Shown: one piece after another, positions 11,535-26,467 of the stretch
Layout of the letters: every line of letters starts with the position of its first letter
Numbering within the stretch: position 1 is the stretch's first letter
Assembly (NCBI GenBank): GCA_963695095.1
Contig: CAVOFT010000001.1
Location: 1,565,881 to 1,629,880 of the forward strand
Length of the DNA stretch: 64,000 nucleotides
Direction: 5' to 3'
Source: an uncultured bacterium
GTDB lineage: Bacteria; Krumholzibacteriota; Krumholzibacteriia; JACNKJ01
The notes under the pieces: model-generated
The model's input: the letters and a program-made list of their open reading frames with translations, nothing else
What the model was told of the DNA's origin: nothing
The model's database searches: none
Made by a program: the position numbers and the translations under genes

Positions 11535-13054
11535 GCGTGGCTCCTGCGCGCGATGGCTTCGCGGCGCCCGACCTGCCGCCAGCGGCTGGGCTGGCAATCG
11601 CGGGCCGCGGCCTCGTCGAAGTTCAGGCGGCGGGCGTGCTGATGGTAGGCGAGCACGGCGGCGAGCACGGCCACCGCCGGCACGCGCGGGTCCTCGGCGA
11701 TCTCGTCCGCCTTGAAATGCTCGTCGATGAAGTGCGTGTCGCAGTCGCCGGCGGCGAAAGCGGGCTGGCGCAGCAGCCACTGGTGGAAGGGGATGTTCGT
11801 CTTGATCCCCGCGATGACGAATTCCTGGAAGGCCTGCCGGGCGCGGGCGATCGTGTCCGCGCGGTCTTCGCCCTGGATGACCAGCTTGCTGAGCAGGGGG
11901 TCGTAGTAGACGGGCACCTCGTACTTCTCGTAGATGCCGCTGTCGTGGCGCACGCCGGGCCCGGCCGGCTCGCGCAGGCACAGGATCTTGCCCGTCGAGG
12001 GCAGGAAGCCGTGCTCGGGGTCCTCGGCGTAGATGCGAAACTCCATCGCCCAGCCGCGGCGGGTCACCTGCTCCTGCGTGAGGGGCAGGGGCTCGCCCGC
12101 CGCCACCATGAACTGCAACTTGACCAGGTCGAGGCCCGTCACCAGCTCGGTCACCGGGTGCTCCACCTGCAGGCGCGTGTTCATCTCGAGGAAGTAGAAG
12201 CTGCGCGCCGCATCGACGATGAACTCCACCGTGCCCGCGCCTTGGTAGTCCACGGCGCGGGCGGCCTGCACGGCCATGGCGCCCATCGCCTCGCGCATCT
12301 CGGGCGTGACGAAGGGACTGGGGCTCTCCTCGACCACCTTCTGGTGCCGCCGCTGGATGGAGCACTCGCGCTCGCCGAGGTGGATGCAGCCGCCGTGGGC
12401 GTCGGCCATCACCTGGATCTCGATGTGCCGCGGCCGCTCGATGTACTTCTCGACGAAGACGGCCTCGTCGGCGAAGGCCTTGCCGGCCTCCTCGCGCGTC
12501 GCGCGCAGGGCGGCGGCCAGCTGCGCCGGATCGCGGACCACGCGCATGCCCTTGCCGCCGCCGCCGGCCGCGGCCTTGAGCATGACGGGATAGCCGATCG
12601 CGGCGGCCAGGCGGGCGGCCTCATCCGGCTCCGCCACCGCGCCCTCGCTGCCTGGGATCACGCGCACGCCGGCGGCGATCATGAGGGCGCGCGCCCGGAG
12701 CTTGTTGCCCATGGCGGCCATCGCGGCGGCGGGCGGACCGACGAAGGCCAGGCCGGCCGCGGCCAGCGCCTCGGCGAAGGCTGGGTTCTCCGAGAGGAAG
12801 CCGTAGCCGGGGTGCACGGCGTCGGCGCCCGCGCGGCGGGCGGCATCGACGATCTTGTCGATGCGCAGGTAGCTTTCTGCCGACGTGACGCCGCCCAGGG
12901 GCAGCGCCTGGTCGGCGAAGAAGACGTGGGGCGCCTGGCGGTCGGGATCGCTGTAGACGGCCACCGTCTCGATGCCGAGCTTCCTCGCCGTGCGCATCAC
13001 GCGCAGGGCGATCTCGCCGCGGTTCGCCACCAGGACCTTGTGTAGGGGGGGCAT
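11531..13054 (-). CDS. accC: biotin carboxylase subunit of acetyl/propionyl-CoA carboxylase
   Basis: ATP-grasp biotin carboxylase sequence (VLVANRGEIALRV...EMNTRLQVEHPVTE). Confidence 0.9.
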   Translation of the reverse strand: MPPLHKVLVANRGEIALRVMRTARKLGIETVAVYSDPDRQAPHVFFADQALPLGGVTSAESYLRIDKIVDAARRAGADAVHPGYGFLSENPAFAEALAAAGLAFVGPPAAAMAAMGNKLRARALMIAAGVRVIPGSEGAVAEPDEAARLAAAIGYPVMLKAAAGGGGKGMRVVRDPAQLAAALRATREEAGKAFADEAVFVEKYIERPRHIEIQVMADAHGGCIHLGERECSIQRRHQKVVEESPSPFVTPEMREAMGAMAVQAARAVDYQGAGTVEFIVDAARSFYFLEMNTRLQVEHPVTELVTGLDLVKLQFMVAAGEPLPLTQEQVTRRGWAMEFRIYAEDPEHGFLPSTGKILCLREPAGPGVRHDSGIYEKYEVPVYYDPLLSKLVIQGEDRADTIARARQAFQEFVIAGIKTNIPFHQWLLRQPAFAAGDCDTHFIDEHFKADEIAEDPRVPAVAVLAAVLAYHQHARRLNFDEAAARDCQPSRWRQVGRREAIARRSHA

Positions 13055-13067
13055 CGGGGCTCCCGGG

Positions 13068-14618
13068 CTAGAGGGGAAGGTTGCCGTGCTTCTTGGGCGG
13101 CAGCTGCTGGTGCTTGCCGGCCAGGCTCTGCAGGCCGGCGATCAGCTTCTGCCGCGTCTCGCGGGGCAGGATGACGTCGTCGATGAAGCCCGCCTCCGCG
13201 GCGAGATAGGGGTGCGCGAATTGCTCGTTGTAGCGCTGGATCAGCTCGGCCCGGCGCGCGACCGGATCTGCCGCCTCGGCCAGCTCCTTGCGGTAGAGGA
13301 TGTTCACGGCGCCCTCGGCGCCCATCACGGCGAGCTCGGCCGTCGGCCAGGCGTAGTTGAGGTCGGCGCGGATGTGCTTGGAGCTCATGACGTCGTAGGC
13401 GCCGCCGTAGGCCTTGCGGATCACTACCGTCAGCTTGGGCACGGTGGCCTCGCAGTAGGCGTAGAGCAGCTTGGCCCCGTGCTTGATGATGCCGCCGAAT
13501 TCCTGGTCGGTGCCGGGCAGGAAGCCGGGCACGTCCTCGAAGGTGACGAGCGGAATGTTGAAGGCGTCGCAGAAGCGCACGAAGCGCGCGGCCTTGAGGC
13601 TGGCCGCGATGTCCAGCGCGCCGGCCATCGTCTTGGACTGGTTGGCCACCACGCCCACGCTCTGGCCGCCCAGCCGCGCGAAGCCGACCACGATGTTGCG
13701 CGCGTAGTCCTTCTGCACCTGGAAGAAGCTCCCCCTGTCCATCACGCGCTCGATGACTTCCACCACGTCGAAGGTGCGCTTGGGATCCGAGGGGATGATC
13801 GTGTCCAGGGCCTCGTCCTGGCGGTCGAAGGGATCGTCGGTCTCCACGCGCGGCGGGTCGTCGAGGTTGTTCGAGGGCAGGTAGCTGAGTAGCTTCTTGA
13901 CCTGCAGCAGGGCGTCCTGGTCGCTGGTCGCCGAGAAGTGGGCCACGCCGCTCTTGGCATTGTGCGTGCCGGCGCCGCCCAGCTCCTCGAAGCTGACCTC
14001 CTCGCCCGTGACCATCTTGATCACGTTCGGGCCGGTCACGAACATGTGGCTGGTGCCCTCGACCATGAGGATGAAGTCCGTGATCGCCGGGCTGTAGACG
14101 GCCCCGCCCGCGCAGGGACCCATGATCACGCTGATCTGGGGGATGACGCCGCTGGCCAGCGTGTTGCGCAGGAAGATGTCCGCGTAGCCGCCCAGCGAGT
14201 AGACCCCCTCCTGGATGCGCGCGCCGCCCGAGTCGTTGAGGCCGATCACCGGGGCGCCGCCCTGCAGGGCGAGATCCATCAGGCGGCAGATCTTGGCCGC
14301 GTTGGCCTCGCTCATCGTGCCTCCGAAGACCGTGAAATCCTGCGCGAAGGCGTAGACGAGCCGGCCCGCCACGCGCCCGAAGCCGGCCACGACGCCGTCG
14401 CCCACGGGCTTGTTGTCGGCGATCCCGGGATCCGCCGAGCGGTGGGTGACGAAGACGCCCAGCTCCTGGAAGCTGCCCTTGTCGAAGAGCAGGTGGATCC
14501 GCTCGTGGGCGGTCAGGCGGCCGGAGGCGTGGAGCTTGTCGATGCGCTCCTGGCCGCCGCCCAGGCGCGCCGCGGCGCGCTTGGCTTCCAGGCGGCGGAA
14601 GACGTCGTCGTGGGCCAT
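13068..14618 (-). CDS. pccB: propionyl-CoA carboxylase beta subunit (carboxyltransferase)
   Basis: Carboxyltransferase sequence over 516 aa. Confidence 0.9.
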   Translation of the reverse strand: MAHDDVFRRLEAKRAAARLGGGQERIDKLHASGRLTAHERIHLLFDKGSFQELGVFVTHRSADPGIADNKPVGDGVVAGFGRVAGRLVYAFAQDFTVFGGTMSEANAAKICRLMDLALQGGAPVIGLNDSGGARIQEGVYSLGGYADIFLRNTLASGVIPQISVIMGPCAGGAVYSPAITDFILMVEGTSHMFVTGPNVIKMVTGEEVSFEELGGAGTHNAKSGVAHFSATSDQDALLQVKKLLSYLPSNNLDDPPRVETDDPFDRQDEALDTIIPSDPKRTFDVVEVIERVMDRGSFFQVQKDYARNIVVGFARLGGQSVGVVANQSKTMAGALDIAASLKAARFVRFCDAFNIPLVTFEDVPGFLPGTDQEFGGIIKHGAKLLYAYCEATVPKLTVVIRKAYGGAYDVMSSKHIRADLNYAWPTAELAVMGAEGAVNILYRKELAEAADPVARRAELIQRYNEQFAHPYLAAEAGFIDDVILPRETRQKLIAGLQSLAGKHQQLPPKKHGNLPL

Positions 14619-14771
14619 CGAAGTCCTTGGGAAAGGGTAAGATGCGCCTCTCAGCGCACAGGGCGCAGTCTAGCGAGCGCGGCGGGCAGCGTCAAGACAG
14701 GCTCCGGGCTGGAATTCCCGGCGGCGCCGGGCTATCCTCCCGGCCTCGAACCCCAGCCAGGGAGCCCCGCC

Positions 14772-16268
14772 ATGCGCCGATTCGCCGCCCTCTTCGCCAC
14801 CCTGCTCGCTTTTGCCGCTCTGCCCGCCGACGCCCTCGCCGAGGAGGCCTGGACCGCCGAGAGCTTCAAGGCCGAGTTCGGCAAGACCTTCGCCATCGCC
14901 GATGCCCTCGCGCTCTGCAGGCAGGCGACCGCGGCCAGCGAGGATCCCGCCCTCCAGCGGCTGATCCTCGAGCGCTGGAAGGGCGTGGACCCTGCAGATG
15001 CCGAGGCCTACTACGCCGCGCGGCAGGGCGAGCAGCCCCGGTCGGCCCTGGCCGCCGTGCTGCGCGGCCAGGCGAGCCAGGAGCCCCTGGACGCCCTCAC
15101 CTGGGCCCGCCACGCGCTCGCGCTCGAGCCGGCCAACCTCGGCGCCTACGAGCTGCTCACGGGCGTCTATCAGCGCGAGCTCTTTCGGGCCTCCGCGCCC
15201 AAGGCGGGCATCGCCGAGGCCTTCAGCCAGGACAAGGAGGCCTTCGCCCGTTACCTGACCCTCAGCGGCGAGACCCCCGAGGCACAGGCGGCGATGGCGA
15301 ACTTTCTCCTCCACACGGGCGATGCCGATGGCGCCCTGGCCCTCCACGAGCGGGCGCGGGCGGCCGGCGCCCGCTGGGCGACGGACATGGAAGCCGCGCG
15401 CATCCAGATCTACCGCGGCCGCTACGAGGAGGCCAAGGCGCAGCTGACGGCGGCCATCGACGCCCTGGTCGCCGCGGGCCGCGTGGGTCCCGGCGATCGC
15501 GCCCAGTACGTCGACTACTACTGGGCCAATGGCCTGCGCGAGGCGAAGGTCTACGCGATCCTGCTCGCCGAGCAGCGGGCGCAGGCGACGCCCGGCGGCG
15601 AAGGACTGGCGGGGCGGCTCTACGACATCGCCTGCCTGGAGGCCCTGCTCGGCCACCGCGAGGCGGCCTTCGCCGCGCTCCGCGAGGCGGCAGCGGCGGG
15701 CTACGCCGACGGCGGACACCTGGCGGAGGATCCCGATCTCGTCGCCCTGCACGAGGCGCCGGCCTGGGCCGAGATCGAGGCGGCGGTGGAGGCCAATCAC
15801 GCCGCCGGTCGCGCGGCGCTGAAGGCCGAGGTGATGGCCACGATGATCGATCGCGAGGCGCCCGCCTGGACCCTGCGCACGCTGGCGGGCGACAGCCTCA
15901 GCCTGGCGGACCTGCGCGGCCAGGTGCTCATTCTCGACTTCTGGGCCACCTGGTGCGGGCCCTGCCGCATGGCCATGCCCGTGCTCGACCAGTGGATCGA
16001 GACCGAGAAACCGGAGGGGGTGCGCGTCTTCTCGGTGAACGTCTGGGAGCAGACGCCGGCGGGGGCGGCGGCCTACCTGGCGCGCAACGGCTACGCGATG
16101 GAGCTGCTCTACGGCGACGACGCGCTGGCCAAGGCCTACGGCGTCGACGGCATTCCCTACATCTGCGCCATCGATCGGGCAGGCAAGATCCGCTTCGAGG
16201 AAAAGGGCTACTCGCCCGAGCTGGGCGGCAAGATCGCGCTCTGGGCTGCGGCTCTTGTCAGGGAGTAG
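14772..16268 (+). CDS. secreted TPR-like/thioredoxin-fold (TlpA-like) thiol-disulfide oxidoreductase
   Basis: In-frame ATG 14772 gives signal peptide MRRFAALFATLLAFAALPADALA; C-terminal redoxin domain with WATWCGPC. Confidence 0.7.
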   Translation: MRRFAALFATLLAFAALPADALAEEAWTAESFKAEFGKTFAIADALALCRQATAASEDPALQRLILERWKGVDPADAEAYYAARQGEQPRSALAAVLRGQASQEPLDALTWARHALALEPANLGAYELLTGVYQRELFRASAPKAGIAEAFSQDKEAFARYLTLSGETPEAQAAMANFLLHTGDADGALALHERARAAGARWATDMEAARIQIYRGRYEEAKAQLTAAIDALVAAGRVGPGDRAQYVDYYWANGLREAKVYAILLAEQRAQATPGGEGLAGRLYDIACLEALLGHREAAFAALREAAAAGYADGGHLAEDPDLVALHEAPAWAEIEAAVEANHAAGRAALKAEVMATMIDREAPAWTLRTLAGDSLSLADLRGQVLILDFWATWCGPCRMAMPVLDQWIETEKPEGVRVFSVNVWEQTPAGAAAYLARNGYAMELLYGDDALAKAYGVDGIPYICAIDRAGKIRFEEKGYSPELGGKIALWAAALVRE

Positions 16269-16311
16269 GCGCCGGCCTTCAGCGGGCCGCCTGCCAGGCC
16301 GCGGGCGCCCG

Positions 16312-17272
16312 TCAGGGCGCGACGCACCAGGGTAGCGCGTCCAGGTCCACGTTGCCGCCGCTGAGCACGAGACCGACGCGCCGGCCGCGGAAGCGTGCGG
16401 GGGCGCCGAGCACCGCGGCCAGGGGCACCGCGCCGGAAGGCTCCACGACGATCTTCAGGCGCTCCCAGATCAGGCGCATGGCCGCCACGATCTCTTCCTC
16501 GCTCACCGTGATGATTCCGCCGAGCAGCCTTCTTAAGATGGGGAAATTCCGCTCGCCGAGGGCCGTGCGCAGACCGTCGGCGCAGGTGCGCGGGTCGAGC
16601 TGCGGCAGGCGCTCGCCGGCGAGCAGCGAGCGAAAGGCGTCGTCAGCGCCCGCGGGCTCGGCGCCGAGGATCTCCGCGCGCGGCGCGAGGGCTGCCGTGG
16701 CGATTGCGCAGCCCGCGGAGAGGCCGCCGCCGCCGACGGGGATCACGATCGCCTGCAGGTCCGGCGCCTCCTGCCAGAGCTCGAGAGCCGCGGTGCCCTG
16801 GCCGGCGATGATCGCGTAGTCGTCGTAGGGGTGGATGAAGCGGGCGCCGGTCTCGGCCTGGACGCGCGCGGCCGTCTCCTCGCGCGCGGCGAGCGTGGGG
16901 GCGCAGATCGTGATCTCGCCGCCGTAGGCGCGCACGGCGGCCTGCTTCACGGCGGGGGCGTTCTCGGGCATGACGATGTGCGCTGCCACGCCCCGCTCCC
17001 GCGCGGCCAGCGCCAGCGCCGCCGCGAAGTTGCCCGAGGAGTGGGTGAGGACGCCGCCGGCGGCCTCGCGGTCCGAGAGCGAGAGCACTGCGTTCATGGC
17101 GCCGCGGATCTTGAAAGAACCCGTGCGCTGGAAGTTCTCGCACTTGAAGGCGAGGGCGCTGCCCGTGAGGGCATCCAGCCCCGCGCTGAGCAGCACCGGC
17201 GTGCGGTGGATGCGCCCGGCGAGCCGCGCCGCGGCGGCCTCGATGCTGGCTGAGCGTGGGTTCGTCCTGCAT
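16312..17272 (-). CDS. PLP-dependent threonine/serine dehydratase (frame change near the N-terminus)
   Basis: SFKIRGA PLP-lysine motif; SD-preceded ATG 17272 (MQDEPTLSQ) is +1 relative to the body frame (…SIEAAAARLAGRIHRTPV…), shift near 17245. Confidence 0.8.
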
Positions 17273-17451
17273 GGCGCTCCTTCCGATCCGCCCCCCGGGG
17301 CGGCTGCCAGCATAGCGCGACGGCGCGGCTTGTCACGCGGCAAGTGCCGCACGGGGCGAGCGCCCGCCTTGACCGCGCGCGGCGCCTCGCCTAGACTGGC
17401 CGCGCCCCCTCGACATCGCGCCACGGTTCCCCACACGCTGCGAGGAGCGCC

Positions 17452-18243
17452 ATGCCCTTCGAGAATCTCTCCCTGCGCCACGAGGGCGCCCTGAGCTGGC
17501 TGACGATCGAGCGCCCCCAGGCCCTGAACGCCTTGAACGCCGCCCTGCTGGCCGAACTCGACGCGGCCCTCGACGAGATCCAGGCCTGCGCCCTCGCGGG
17601 CACGACGCGCGTGCTGGCGATCACCGGCGCCGGCGAGAAGGCCTTCGTGGCCGGCGCCGACATCAGCGAGATCGCCCCCTTGCGGGGCCTCGCCGGCCAG
17701 GCCTTCGCGCGCCGCGGCCAGGCCCTGTTCGACCGCATCGAGAACCTGCCGATTCCCGTGGTCGCCGCCATCAACGGCTATGCGCTCGGCGGCGGCTGCG
17801 AGCTGGCCCTGGCCTGCCACCTGCGCGTGGCGGCCGAGACGGCGGCCCTCGGCCTGCCGGAGGTCACGCTCGGCGTGATCCCGGGCTATGGCGGCACGCA
17901 GCGTTTGGCCCGGCAGCTCGGCATGGGCCGGGCCCTGGACCTCATCCTCACCGGACGCATGGTGAAGGCCCCCGAGGCCCTCGAGCTGGGCCTCGTCAAC
18001 CGCGTGGTGCCGGCGGCGGAGCTGGCGGCTGCCGTGACGGCCCTGGCCGGCAAGCTGATGGCCGTGGGCCCCCTGGCCCAGCGGGCGGCCCTGGAGGCCG
18101 TCAGGGGCGGGCTGCAGAGCAGCCAGGCCGAGGGTCTGCGCCTGGAGGCCCAGCTCTTCGGCCTGCTCTGCGGCACGGGAGACATGCTGGAGGGCACGGC
18201 GGCCTTCCTCGAGAAGCGCAAGGCGGATTTCAAGGGCAAGTAA
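17452..18243 (+). CDS. enoyl-CoA hydratase (crotonase family)
   Basis: Crotonase fold sequence with GGGCELALACH oxyanion-hole region. Confidence 0.85.
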   Translation: MPFENLSLRHEGALSWLTIERPQALNALNAALLAELDAALDEIQACALAGTTRVLAITGAGEKAFVAGADISEIAPLRGLAGQAFARRGQALFDRIENLPIPVVAAINGYALGGGCELALACHLRVAAETAALGLPEVTLGVIPGYGGTQRLARQLGMGRALDLILTGRMVKAPEALELGLVNRVVPAAELAAAVTALAGKLMAVGPLAQRAALEAVRGGLQSSQAEGLRLEAQLFGLLCGTGDMLEGTAAFLEKRKADFKGK

Positions 18244-18358
18244 TGCCCTGCCAGGGGCTTGCGCGCGCCTTACGGCTTGACCGGAGGGCCTCCGGGGCCT
18301 TTACTATCGGTTCCGCGGCGGGCCTGGCAGCGCCGGCTGCCGCGGCGCTGCCGCCGGC

Positions 18359-18440
18359 GCGAGAGTGGCGGAATTGGCAGACGCGCGGGATTTAGGTTCC
18401 CGTGAGGAAACTCGTGGGGGTTCAAGTCCCCCCTCTCGCA
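18359..18440 (+). tRNA. tRNA-Leu (anticodon TAG)
   Basis: Hand-folded cloverleaf: acceptor GCGAGAG/CTCTCGC, anticodon loop TTTAGGT, long variable arm, T-arm GGGGG-TTCAAGT-CCCCC. Confidence 0.9.
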
Positions 18441-18513
18441 CCCGAGCCCGGGCCGCCCGGCGGCCCCGCGTCCCCCGGGCCTCCGCAGCGGCGGCCCCAC
18501 CTTAAGGAGCAGC

Positions 18514-19899
18514 ATGAGCAGCCAGCAGGCCGCCTCCGGCCCCAGCCCGGCGCCGCCCGAGCCCGAGCACAAAGAGCACAACCACGCTCCCCTGGTGGCC
18601 ATCGCCTCGGTGGAAGTGGAGGAGACCAAGTCCTGGCAGCGGGTCGTCTCGGTGAAGCTGCCGGCGGCCGAGTGGCAGGCCGCGCGCGCCCACGTGCTCA
18701 CCGGCGTGCGCCGCAAGGCCCAGGTGCCGGGCTTCCGCAAGGGCAAGGTGCCGCCGGCCATGGTGGAGAGCCTCTACGCCCGCGAGATCGTCATGGACGC
18801 CCTGGACTGGCTGCTGCCCCGCGCCTGGCACCAGGCCCTGCACGAGGTCACGCTGAACACCGTGAGCGAGCCCGACTACAGCGACATCGACCTGGGCGAG
18901 GAGAGCGGCGAGTTCAGCTTCAAGGCCACCGTCGAGGTGAGGCCCGAGGTGAAGATCGAGGGCTATCGCGGTCAATCCGTTACCGCTTACGAGGAAGAGG
19001 TGCCGGCCGACGGCGTCGAGCGCACGCTCGCCCAGCTCCAGGAGGCGCGGGCCGAGTTCGGCGCCGTGGAGCGGGCCGCCGCCGAGGGCGATCGTGTCAC
19101 CGTGGACTTCCGCCAGGTGGACGAGGGCGGCCTCGCCGTGCTCGGTACGGAGGTCAAGGACCACGTCTTCGAGCTGGGCAGCCCCTACGTGCTCGAGGCC
19201 TTCTCGACCGGTGTTCGGGGCATGGCGCCCGCGGAGGAACGGCGCTTTCCCGTCACCTATCCGGCCGACTACGACCAGGAATCCCTGGCCGGACAGACCC
19301 GGAACTTCCAGGTGACCCTCAAGGGCGTGGAGGCCAAGAGCCTGCCGGCCCTTGACGACGGCTTCGCAAGTGAAGTCGGTAAGTTCGAATCTTTGCAGCA
19401 GTTGCGCGATCAGGTGGGGGCCAACATCGAGGCCGAGATCCGCGATCGCAACCGGGGTCGCCTGGAGGCGGCCCTGGTCCGGGGCTTGCTCGAGAAGAAT
19501 CCGTTCGAGTTGCCGCCCTCGATGGTGGCCAGCTACGTCGCCCACCTGATCAGCGATCAGGAGCGGCGCGGCGGGCGGGCCCTGGCCCAGGATGAGCGGC
19601 AGCAGGCGGTGGAGGGCCTGGCGCCCGGCGCCGAGCTGGCCATCAAGCGCTGGTTCATCCTCGACGCGGTGGCGAAGCAGGAGGCCCTGGCGGTGAGCGA
19701 GGCCGATTACGAGGGCCACCTGGACGCCCTGGCCGCGGCCGAGGGGCGGCCGGCCGCCGAGATCAGGAAGAGTGTCGAGCGGGCGGGCGCCGCCGGGCGC
19801 CTGCGCGAGGATCTGCTCCACCGGAAGGTCTTTGCCTTCCTGGCCGAGCAGGCCCAGATTCAGCGGGCGCCGATTCCGCGCCCCGAGGCGGAGGCCTAG
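18514..19899 (+). CDS. tig: trigger factor
   Basis: GFRKGKVP ribosome-binding signature and overall trigger factor sequence. Confidence 0.9.
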   Translation: MSSQQAASGPSPAPPEPEHKEHNHAPLVAIASVEVEETKSWQRVVSVKLPAAEWQAARAHVLTGVRRKAQVPGFRKGKVPPAMVESLYAREIVMDALDWLLPRAWHQALHEVTLNTVSEPDYSDIDLGEESGEFSFKATVEVRPEVKIEGYRGQSVTAYEEEVPADGVERTLAQLQEARAEFGAVERAAAEGDRVTVDFRQVDEGGLAVLGTEVKDHVFELGSPYVLEAFSTGVRGMAPAEERRFPVTYPADYDQESLAGQTRNFQVTLKGVEAKSLPALDDGFASEVGKFESLQQLRDQVGANIEAEIRDRNRGRLEAALVRGLLEKNPFELPPSMVASYVAHLISDQERRGGRALAQDERQQAVEGLAPGAELAIKRWFILDAVAKQEALAVSEADYEGHLDALAAAEGRPAAEIRKSVERAGAAGRLREDLLHRKVFAFLAEQAQIQRAPIPRPEAEA

Positions 19900-19940
19900 G
19901 GCCTCCACGAGCGCAGCCAAGTTCCAGAAAGGAAGGATCC

Positions 19941-20552
19941 ATGGGCTACATCCCGGTTCCGATGGTGATCGAGCAGTCCGGTCGCGGCGAGCGTGCCTAC
20001 GACATTTACAGCCGCCTGCTCAAGGACCGCATCATCTTCATCGGCTCGCCGATCGACGACCACCTGGCGAACCTGGTCATCGCCCAGCTCCTGTTCCTCG
20101 ACGCCGAGGACCCGGAGCGGGACATCAACATGTACATCAACTCGCCCGGGGGCAGCGTTTCGGCCGGGATGGCCATCTACGACACCATGCAGTACATCAA
20201 GGCCGACGCGGCGACGATCTGCATGGGCCTGGCCGCCAGCATGGGGGCCTTCCTGCTCGCGGCCGGCGCGGCGGGCAAGCGCAGCGCGCTGCCCCACGGC
20301 CGCATCATGATCCACCAGCCCAGCGGCGGGACCCAGGGCCAGGCCAGCAATATCGAGATCTACACGCGGGAAATTCTGAAGACGCGGGACGAGATCAATG
20401 CCCTCTTCGCCCGCCACACCGGCCAGCCGGTGGAGCGCATCGCCAAGGACAGCGACCGCGATTATTTCATGTCTGCCGTCGAGGCCAGGGATTACGGCAT
20501 CGTCGACCGCGTGATCGAGAAGCAGGCCGGCGCGGAGCGCCAGAAGGACTAA
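19941..20552 (+). CDS. clpP: ATP-dependent Clp protease proteolytic subunit
   Basis: Highly conserved ClpP sequence ([17 protein letters not shown]...[11 protein letters not shown]). Confidence 0.95.
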   Translation: MGYIPVPMVIEQSGRGERAYDIYSRLLKDRIIFIGSPIDDHLANLVIAQLLFLDAEDPERDINMYINSPGGSVSAGMAIYDTMQYIKADAATICMGLAASMGAFLLAAGAAGKRSALPHGRIMIHQPSGGTQGQASNIEIYTREILKTRDEINALFARHTGQPVERIAKDSDRDYFMSAVEARDYGIVDRVIEKQAGAERQKD

Positions 20553-20655
20553 GCTTCGGCTTGGCGACGCCGGGCCGATGGACTATCTTTAGGGTTCCCA
20601 GGTGCGGGCAGGCGAGTCCGAGGCTCTCGGCGTCCCCGCATCGGAAGGCACGGCG

Positions 20656-21882
20656 ATGATCAAGTGCTCCTTCTGCGGCCGCGGCCAGGACGAGGTGACC
20701 AAGCTGGTCAGCGGCCCCAACGTCTACATCTGCAACGAGTGCATCAAGCTCTGTAACGACATCCTCGAAGAGGAGATGGTGCGCCCGGCCATCTTCGAGG
20801 ATGGCGAATTCCCCAAGCCGACCGAGATTCGCGAGCAGCTCGACGACTACGTGATCGGCCAGGAGCGCGCCAAGATGACGCTGTCCGTGGCCGTCTACAA
20901 CCACTACAAGCGGATCCATCACCTGCGCGAAGCCGAGGAAGTCGAGCTCGACAAGAGCAATATCCTCCTGCTCGGGCCGACGGGCACGGGCAAGACCCTG
21001 CTCGCGCAGACCCTGGCGCACCTGCTGAAGGTGCCCTTCGCCATCGTCGACGCGACGACGCTCACCGAGGCCGGCTACGTGGGCGAGGACGTGGAGAACA
21101 TCCTCGTCCGCCTGCTGCAGGCCGCCGACTACAACGTCAGCTCCGCCGAGCGGGGCATCGTCTACATCGACGAGATCGACAAGATCGCTCGCAAGAGCGA
21201 CAACCCCTCGATCACGCGCGACGTTTCGGGCGAGGGCGTGCAGCAGGCCCTGCTCAAGATCCTCGAGGGCACGGTGGCCAACGTGCCGCCGCAGGGCGGC
21301 CGCAAGCATCCGCAGCAGAAGTACATCGAGGTGAACACGCGCAACATCCTGTTCATCTGCGGCGGCGCCTTCGACGGCCTGCACCAGGTGATCGCCAGTC
21401 GCGTCGGCAACAAGACGCTCGGTTTCGGCGCCGAGGTGCGCAGCAAGCAGGAGCGTGACCAGGAAGACCTCTTCCTCAAGGTGCTGCCGCAGGACCTCCT
21501 GCGCTTCGGCCTCATCCCCGAGCTGGTGGGCCGCCTGCCCGTGGTGGCGCCCCTGCACGGGCTCGACGAGGCGGCGCTGGTGGACATCCTCGTCAAGCCG
21601 AAGAACGCCCTGGTCAAGCAGTACCGCAAGCTCTTCGAGATGGAGGACATCCAGCTCGAGTTCGATCCGGGCGCCATCCGCGCCGTGGCCAGGCTGGCCC
21701 TCAAGCGCGCCACCGGCGCCCGCGGGCTGCGCTCGATCATGGAAGAGACCATGCTCGATCTCATGTACGAGCTGCCCAGCCGGCCCGGCGTGCAGCGCGT
21801 CGTCATCGCCGAGGACAGCGTCACCGAGGGCAAGGCGCCGAAGATCTTCTTCGGCGACGAACGCCAGATCCGGGAAGCCTAG
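20656..21882 (+). CDS. clpX: ATP-dependent Clp protease ATP-binding subunit
   Basis: Zinc-finger [30 protein letters not shown], Walker A GPTGTGKT. Confidence 0.95.
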   Translation: MIKCSFCGRGQDEVTKLVSGPNVYICNECIKLCNDILEEEMVRPAIFEDGEFPKPTEIREQLDDYVIGQERAKMTLSVAVYNHYKRIHHLREAEEVELDKSNILLLGPTGTGKTLLAQTLAHLLKVPFAIVDATTLTEAGYVGEDVENILVRLLQAADYNVSSAERGIVYIDEIDKIARKSDNPSITRDVSGEGVQQALLKILEGTVANVPPQGGRKHPQQKYIEVNTRNILFICGGAFDGLHQVIASRVGNKTLGFGAEVRSKQERDQEDLFLKVLPQDLLRFGLIPELVGRLPVVAPLHGLDEAALVDILVKPKNALVKQYRKLFEMEDIQLEFDPGAIRAVARLALKRATGARGLRSIMEETMLDLMYELPSRPGVQRVVIAEDSVTEGKAPKIFFGDERQIREA

Positions 21883-21950
21883 CCGCTCGCCGGCAGGCCG
21901 GTGCCGGGGTGCCCGTCGGGCGCTCCGGCCTTCGCGCGAAAAGAGGCCCC

Positions 21951-24410
<2,460 letters not shown>

Positions 24411-24417
24411 GGCATTC

Positions 24418-25035
24418 GTGGGCCGCTTCGAGCAGCTGATCTACGAGACCAGCGCCCTCAGCCTGGGCGCCTGTCCGGGCGAGCCGTGGCCGGAGGTGGC
24501 CGTCTCCGGGCGCTCCAACGTGGGCAAGAGCAGCCTGCTCAACAAGCTCGCCGCTCAGAAGGCGCTGGCGCGCGTCAGCCAGCGGCCCGGCAAGACCCAG
24601 GCCCTGAACTTCTTCCGCCTGGGCGAGAGCCGCGCGCGCCTGGTCGATCTGCCCGGCTACGGCTATGCCGAAGTGCCGCGTGCGGTGCAGGACAAGTGGC
24701 GCCGCTTCATGAACGACTACCTGGAAGGGCGCGCCCAGCTCGCGGGGCTCGTGCAGCTCGTCGACTGCCGCCACGAGCCGACCGCGCTGGATCGCCAGAT
24801 GATCGACTGGCTGGCGGCCGGCGCGCGGCCCTTCCTGATCGTGCTCACCAAGGCGGACAAGCTGCCCCGCGGCCAGCGCCAGCAGGCTCTGGCTCGCGTG
24901 CGCGAGACCCTGGGGCTGGGGCCTGCGCAGCCCGTCCAGCTCTTCTCGGCGACGGACGGCACGGGGCGAGCGGAGCTGATCGCCTGGATCGACGGCCAGC
25001 TCGCGGCCTGGCGACCGGCGCCGGCGACAGGGTAG
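24418..25035 (+). CDS. engB: ribosome biogenesis GTP-binding protein YihA/EngB
   Basis: [13 protein letters not shown]-loop; follows lon as in many genomes. Confidence 0.85.
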   Translation: MGRFEQLIYETSALSLGACPGEPWPEVAVSGRSNVGKSSLLNKLAAQKALARVSQRPGKTQALNFFRLGESRARLVDLPGYGYAEVPRAVQDKWRRFMNDYLEGRAQLAGLVQLVDCRHEPTALDRQMIDWLAAGARPFLIVLTKADKLPRGQRQQALARVRETLGLGPAQPVQLFSATDGTGRAELIAWIDGQLAAWRPAPATG

Positions 25036-25120
25036 CGTTGACAGGGCGGCAGGGGGCGTCTATCGTGGATCGGCTCGAAGCTCGGCCCTGCGGTCGGGCT
25101 CCGCAATGACGAGGAGAGCC

Positions 25121-26426
25121 ATGAGCGGCAAGCAGGGCAGCGCCACCGTGGTCATCGGCGGGCAGTGGGGCGACGAGGGCAAGGGCAAGCTCGTCGATGC
25201 CCTGGCCGCCCGGCACGATGTCGTCGTCCGCTACCAGGGCGGCGCCAACGCCGGCCACACGATCCGGGCCGATGGGCAGGAGTACATCTTCCACCTGATT
25301 CCCTCGGGCATCCTCATCGAGGGCAAGGACTGCGTGCTCGGGCCGGGCCTGGTGGTGGACCCGGTCACCCTGGCCGACGAGATCAAGGCCCTCAAGAAGC
25401 GCGGCATCTCGGTGGACGGCCGGCTCTTCCTGTCCGACGCCGCCCACCTGATCCTGCCCTACCATCGGCTCATCGATCGCCTCCAGGAGGAGGCGAAGAA
25501 GGGCCGCTCGATCGGCACCACGGGCCGCGGCATCGGGCCCGCCTATGCCGACAAGGTCTCGCGCACGGGCCTGCGGGCGGAGATCTTCCGCCTGGAGCCT
25601 GAGCGCTTCAAGCGCCTGATCATCGAGCGCACGATCGAGCAGAATCGGCGGATCGACGCGCTCTACCACGGCGAGCCGGTGAGCCCCAACGAGGCGGCCG
25701 AGAAGCTGCTGGCGGTGAAGGCCGTCATCGAGCCCCTGCTCGTGGACGCGGTGGACTTCCTGCACGAGGCCCTCGGCGCGGGCAAGCGCCTGCTGCTCGA
25801 AGGCGCGCAGGGCACGCTGCTGGACATCGATCACGGCACCTACCCCTACGTCACGAGCAGCAATCCCAGCATCGGCGGCGCGATCAGCGGCAGCGGCGTG
25901 CCGCCGTGCTGGATCGGCGACGTGGTGGGGATCTTCAAGGCCTACTGCACGCGGGTGGGCAACGGGCCCTTCCCGAGCGAGCTCACCGACGCCTCGCGGC
26001 GAGCTGCTGCGCCAGCGCGGCGCCGAGTTCGGCGCCACCACCGGCCGGCCGCGCCGCTGCGGCTGGTTCGACATGCCGGCGGCGCGCTACGCGGTGGCGG
26101 TGAACGGCATCAGCGTGCTCGCGATCACGAAGTTCGACATCCTGAGCGGCCTGGAGGAGATCGGCGTCTGCACGAGCTACACCGTGGACGGGGAGCCGCT
26201 CGCGCGCTTCCCGCGCGATGCGGCCACGCTCGATCGCGCGAAGCCCGTGGTGGAGATGCTGCCCGGCTGGCAGGAGGACATCAGCGAAGCCCGCCACCTG
26301 GAGGATCTCCCGGCGGCCGCGCGGGGCTACATCGACTACCTCGCCGAGCAGCTCGGCCTGCCGGTCGGCCTGCTCGGCGTCGGCCCGGATCGAAAACAGA
26401 TCCTGGACCTGGGCGCCGGCAGCTAG
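25121..26426 (+). CDS. purA: adenylosuccinate synthetase (one +1 frame change)
   Basis: GQWGDEGKGK P-loop; C-terminal third is in ORF 26073..26426; shift near 25995. Confidence 0.9.
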
Positions 26427-26467
26427 CTTGACGCTGGTCGTGGCCGCGCCTAGAGTTTCCCCATTGC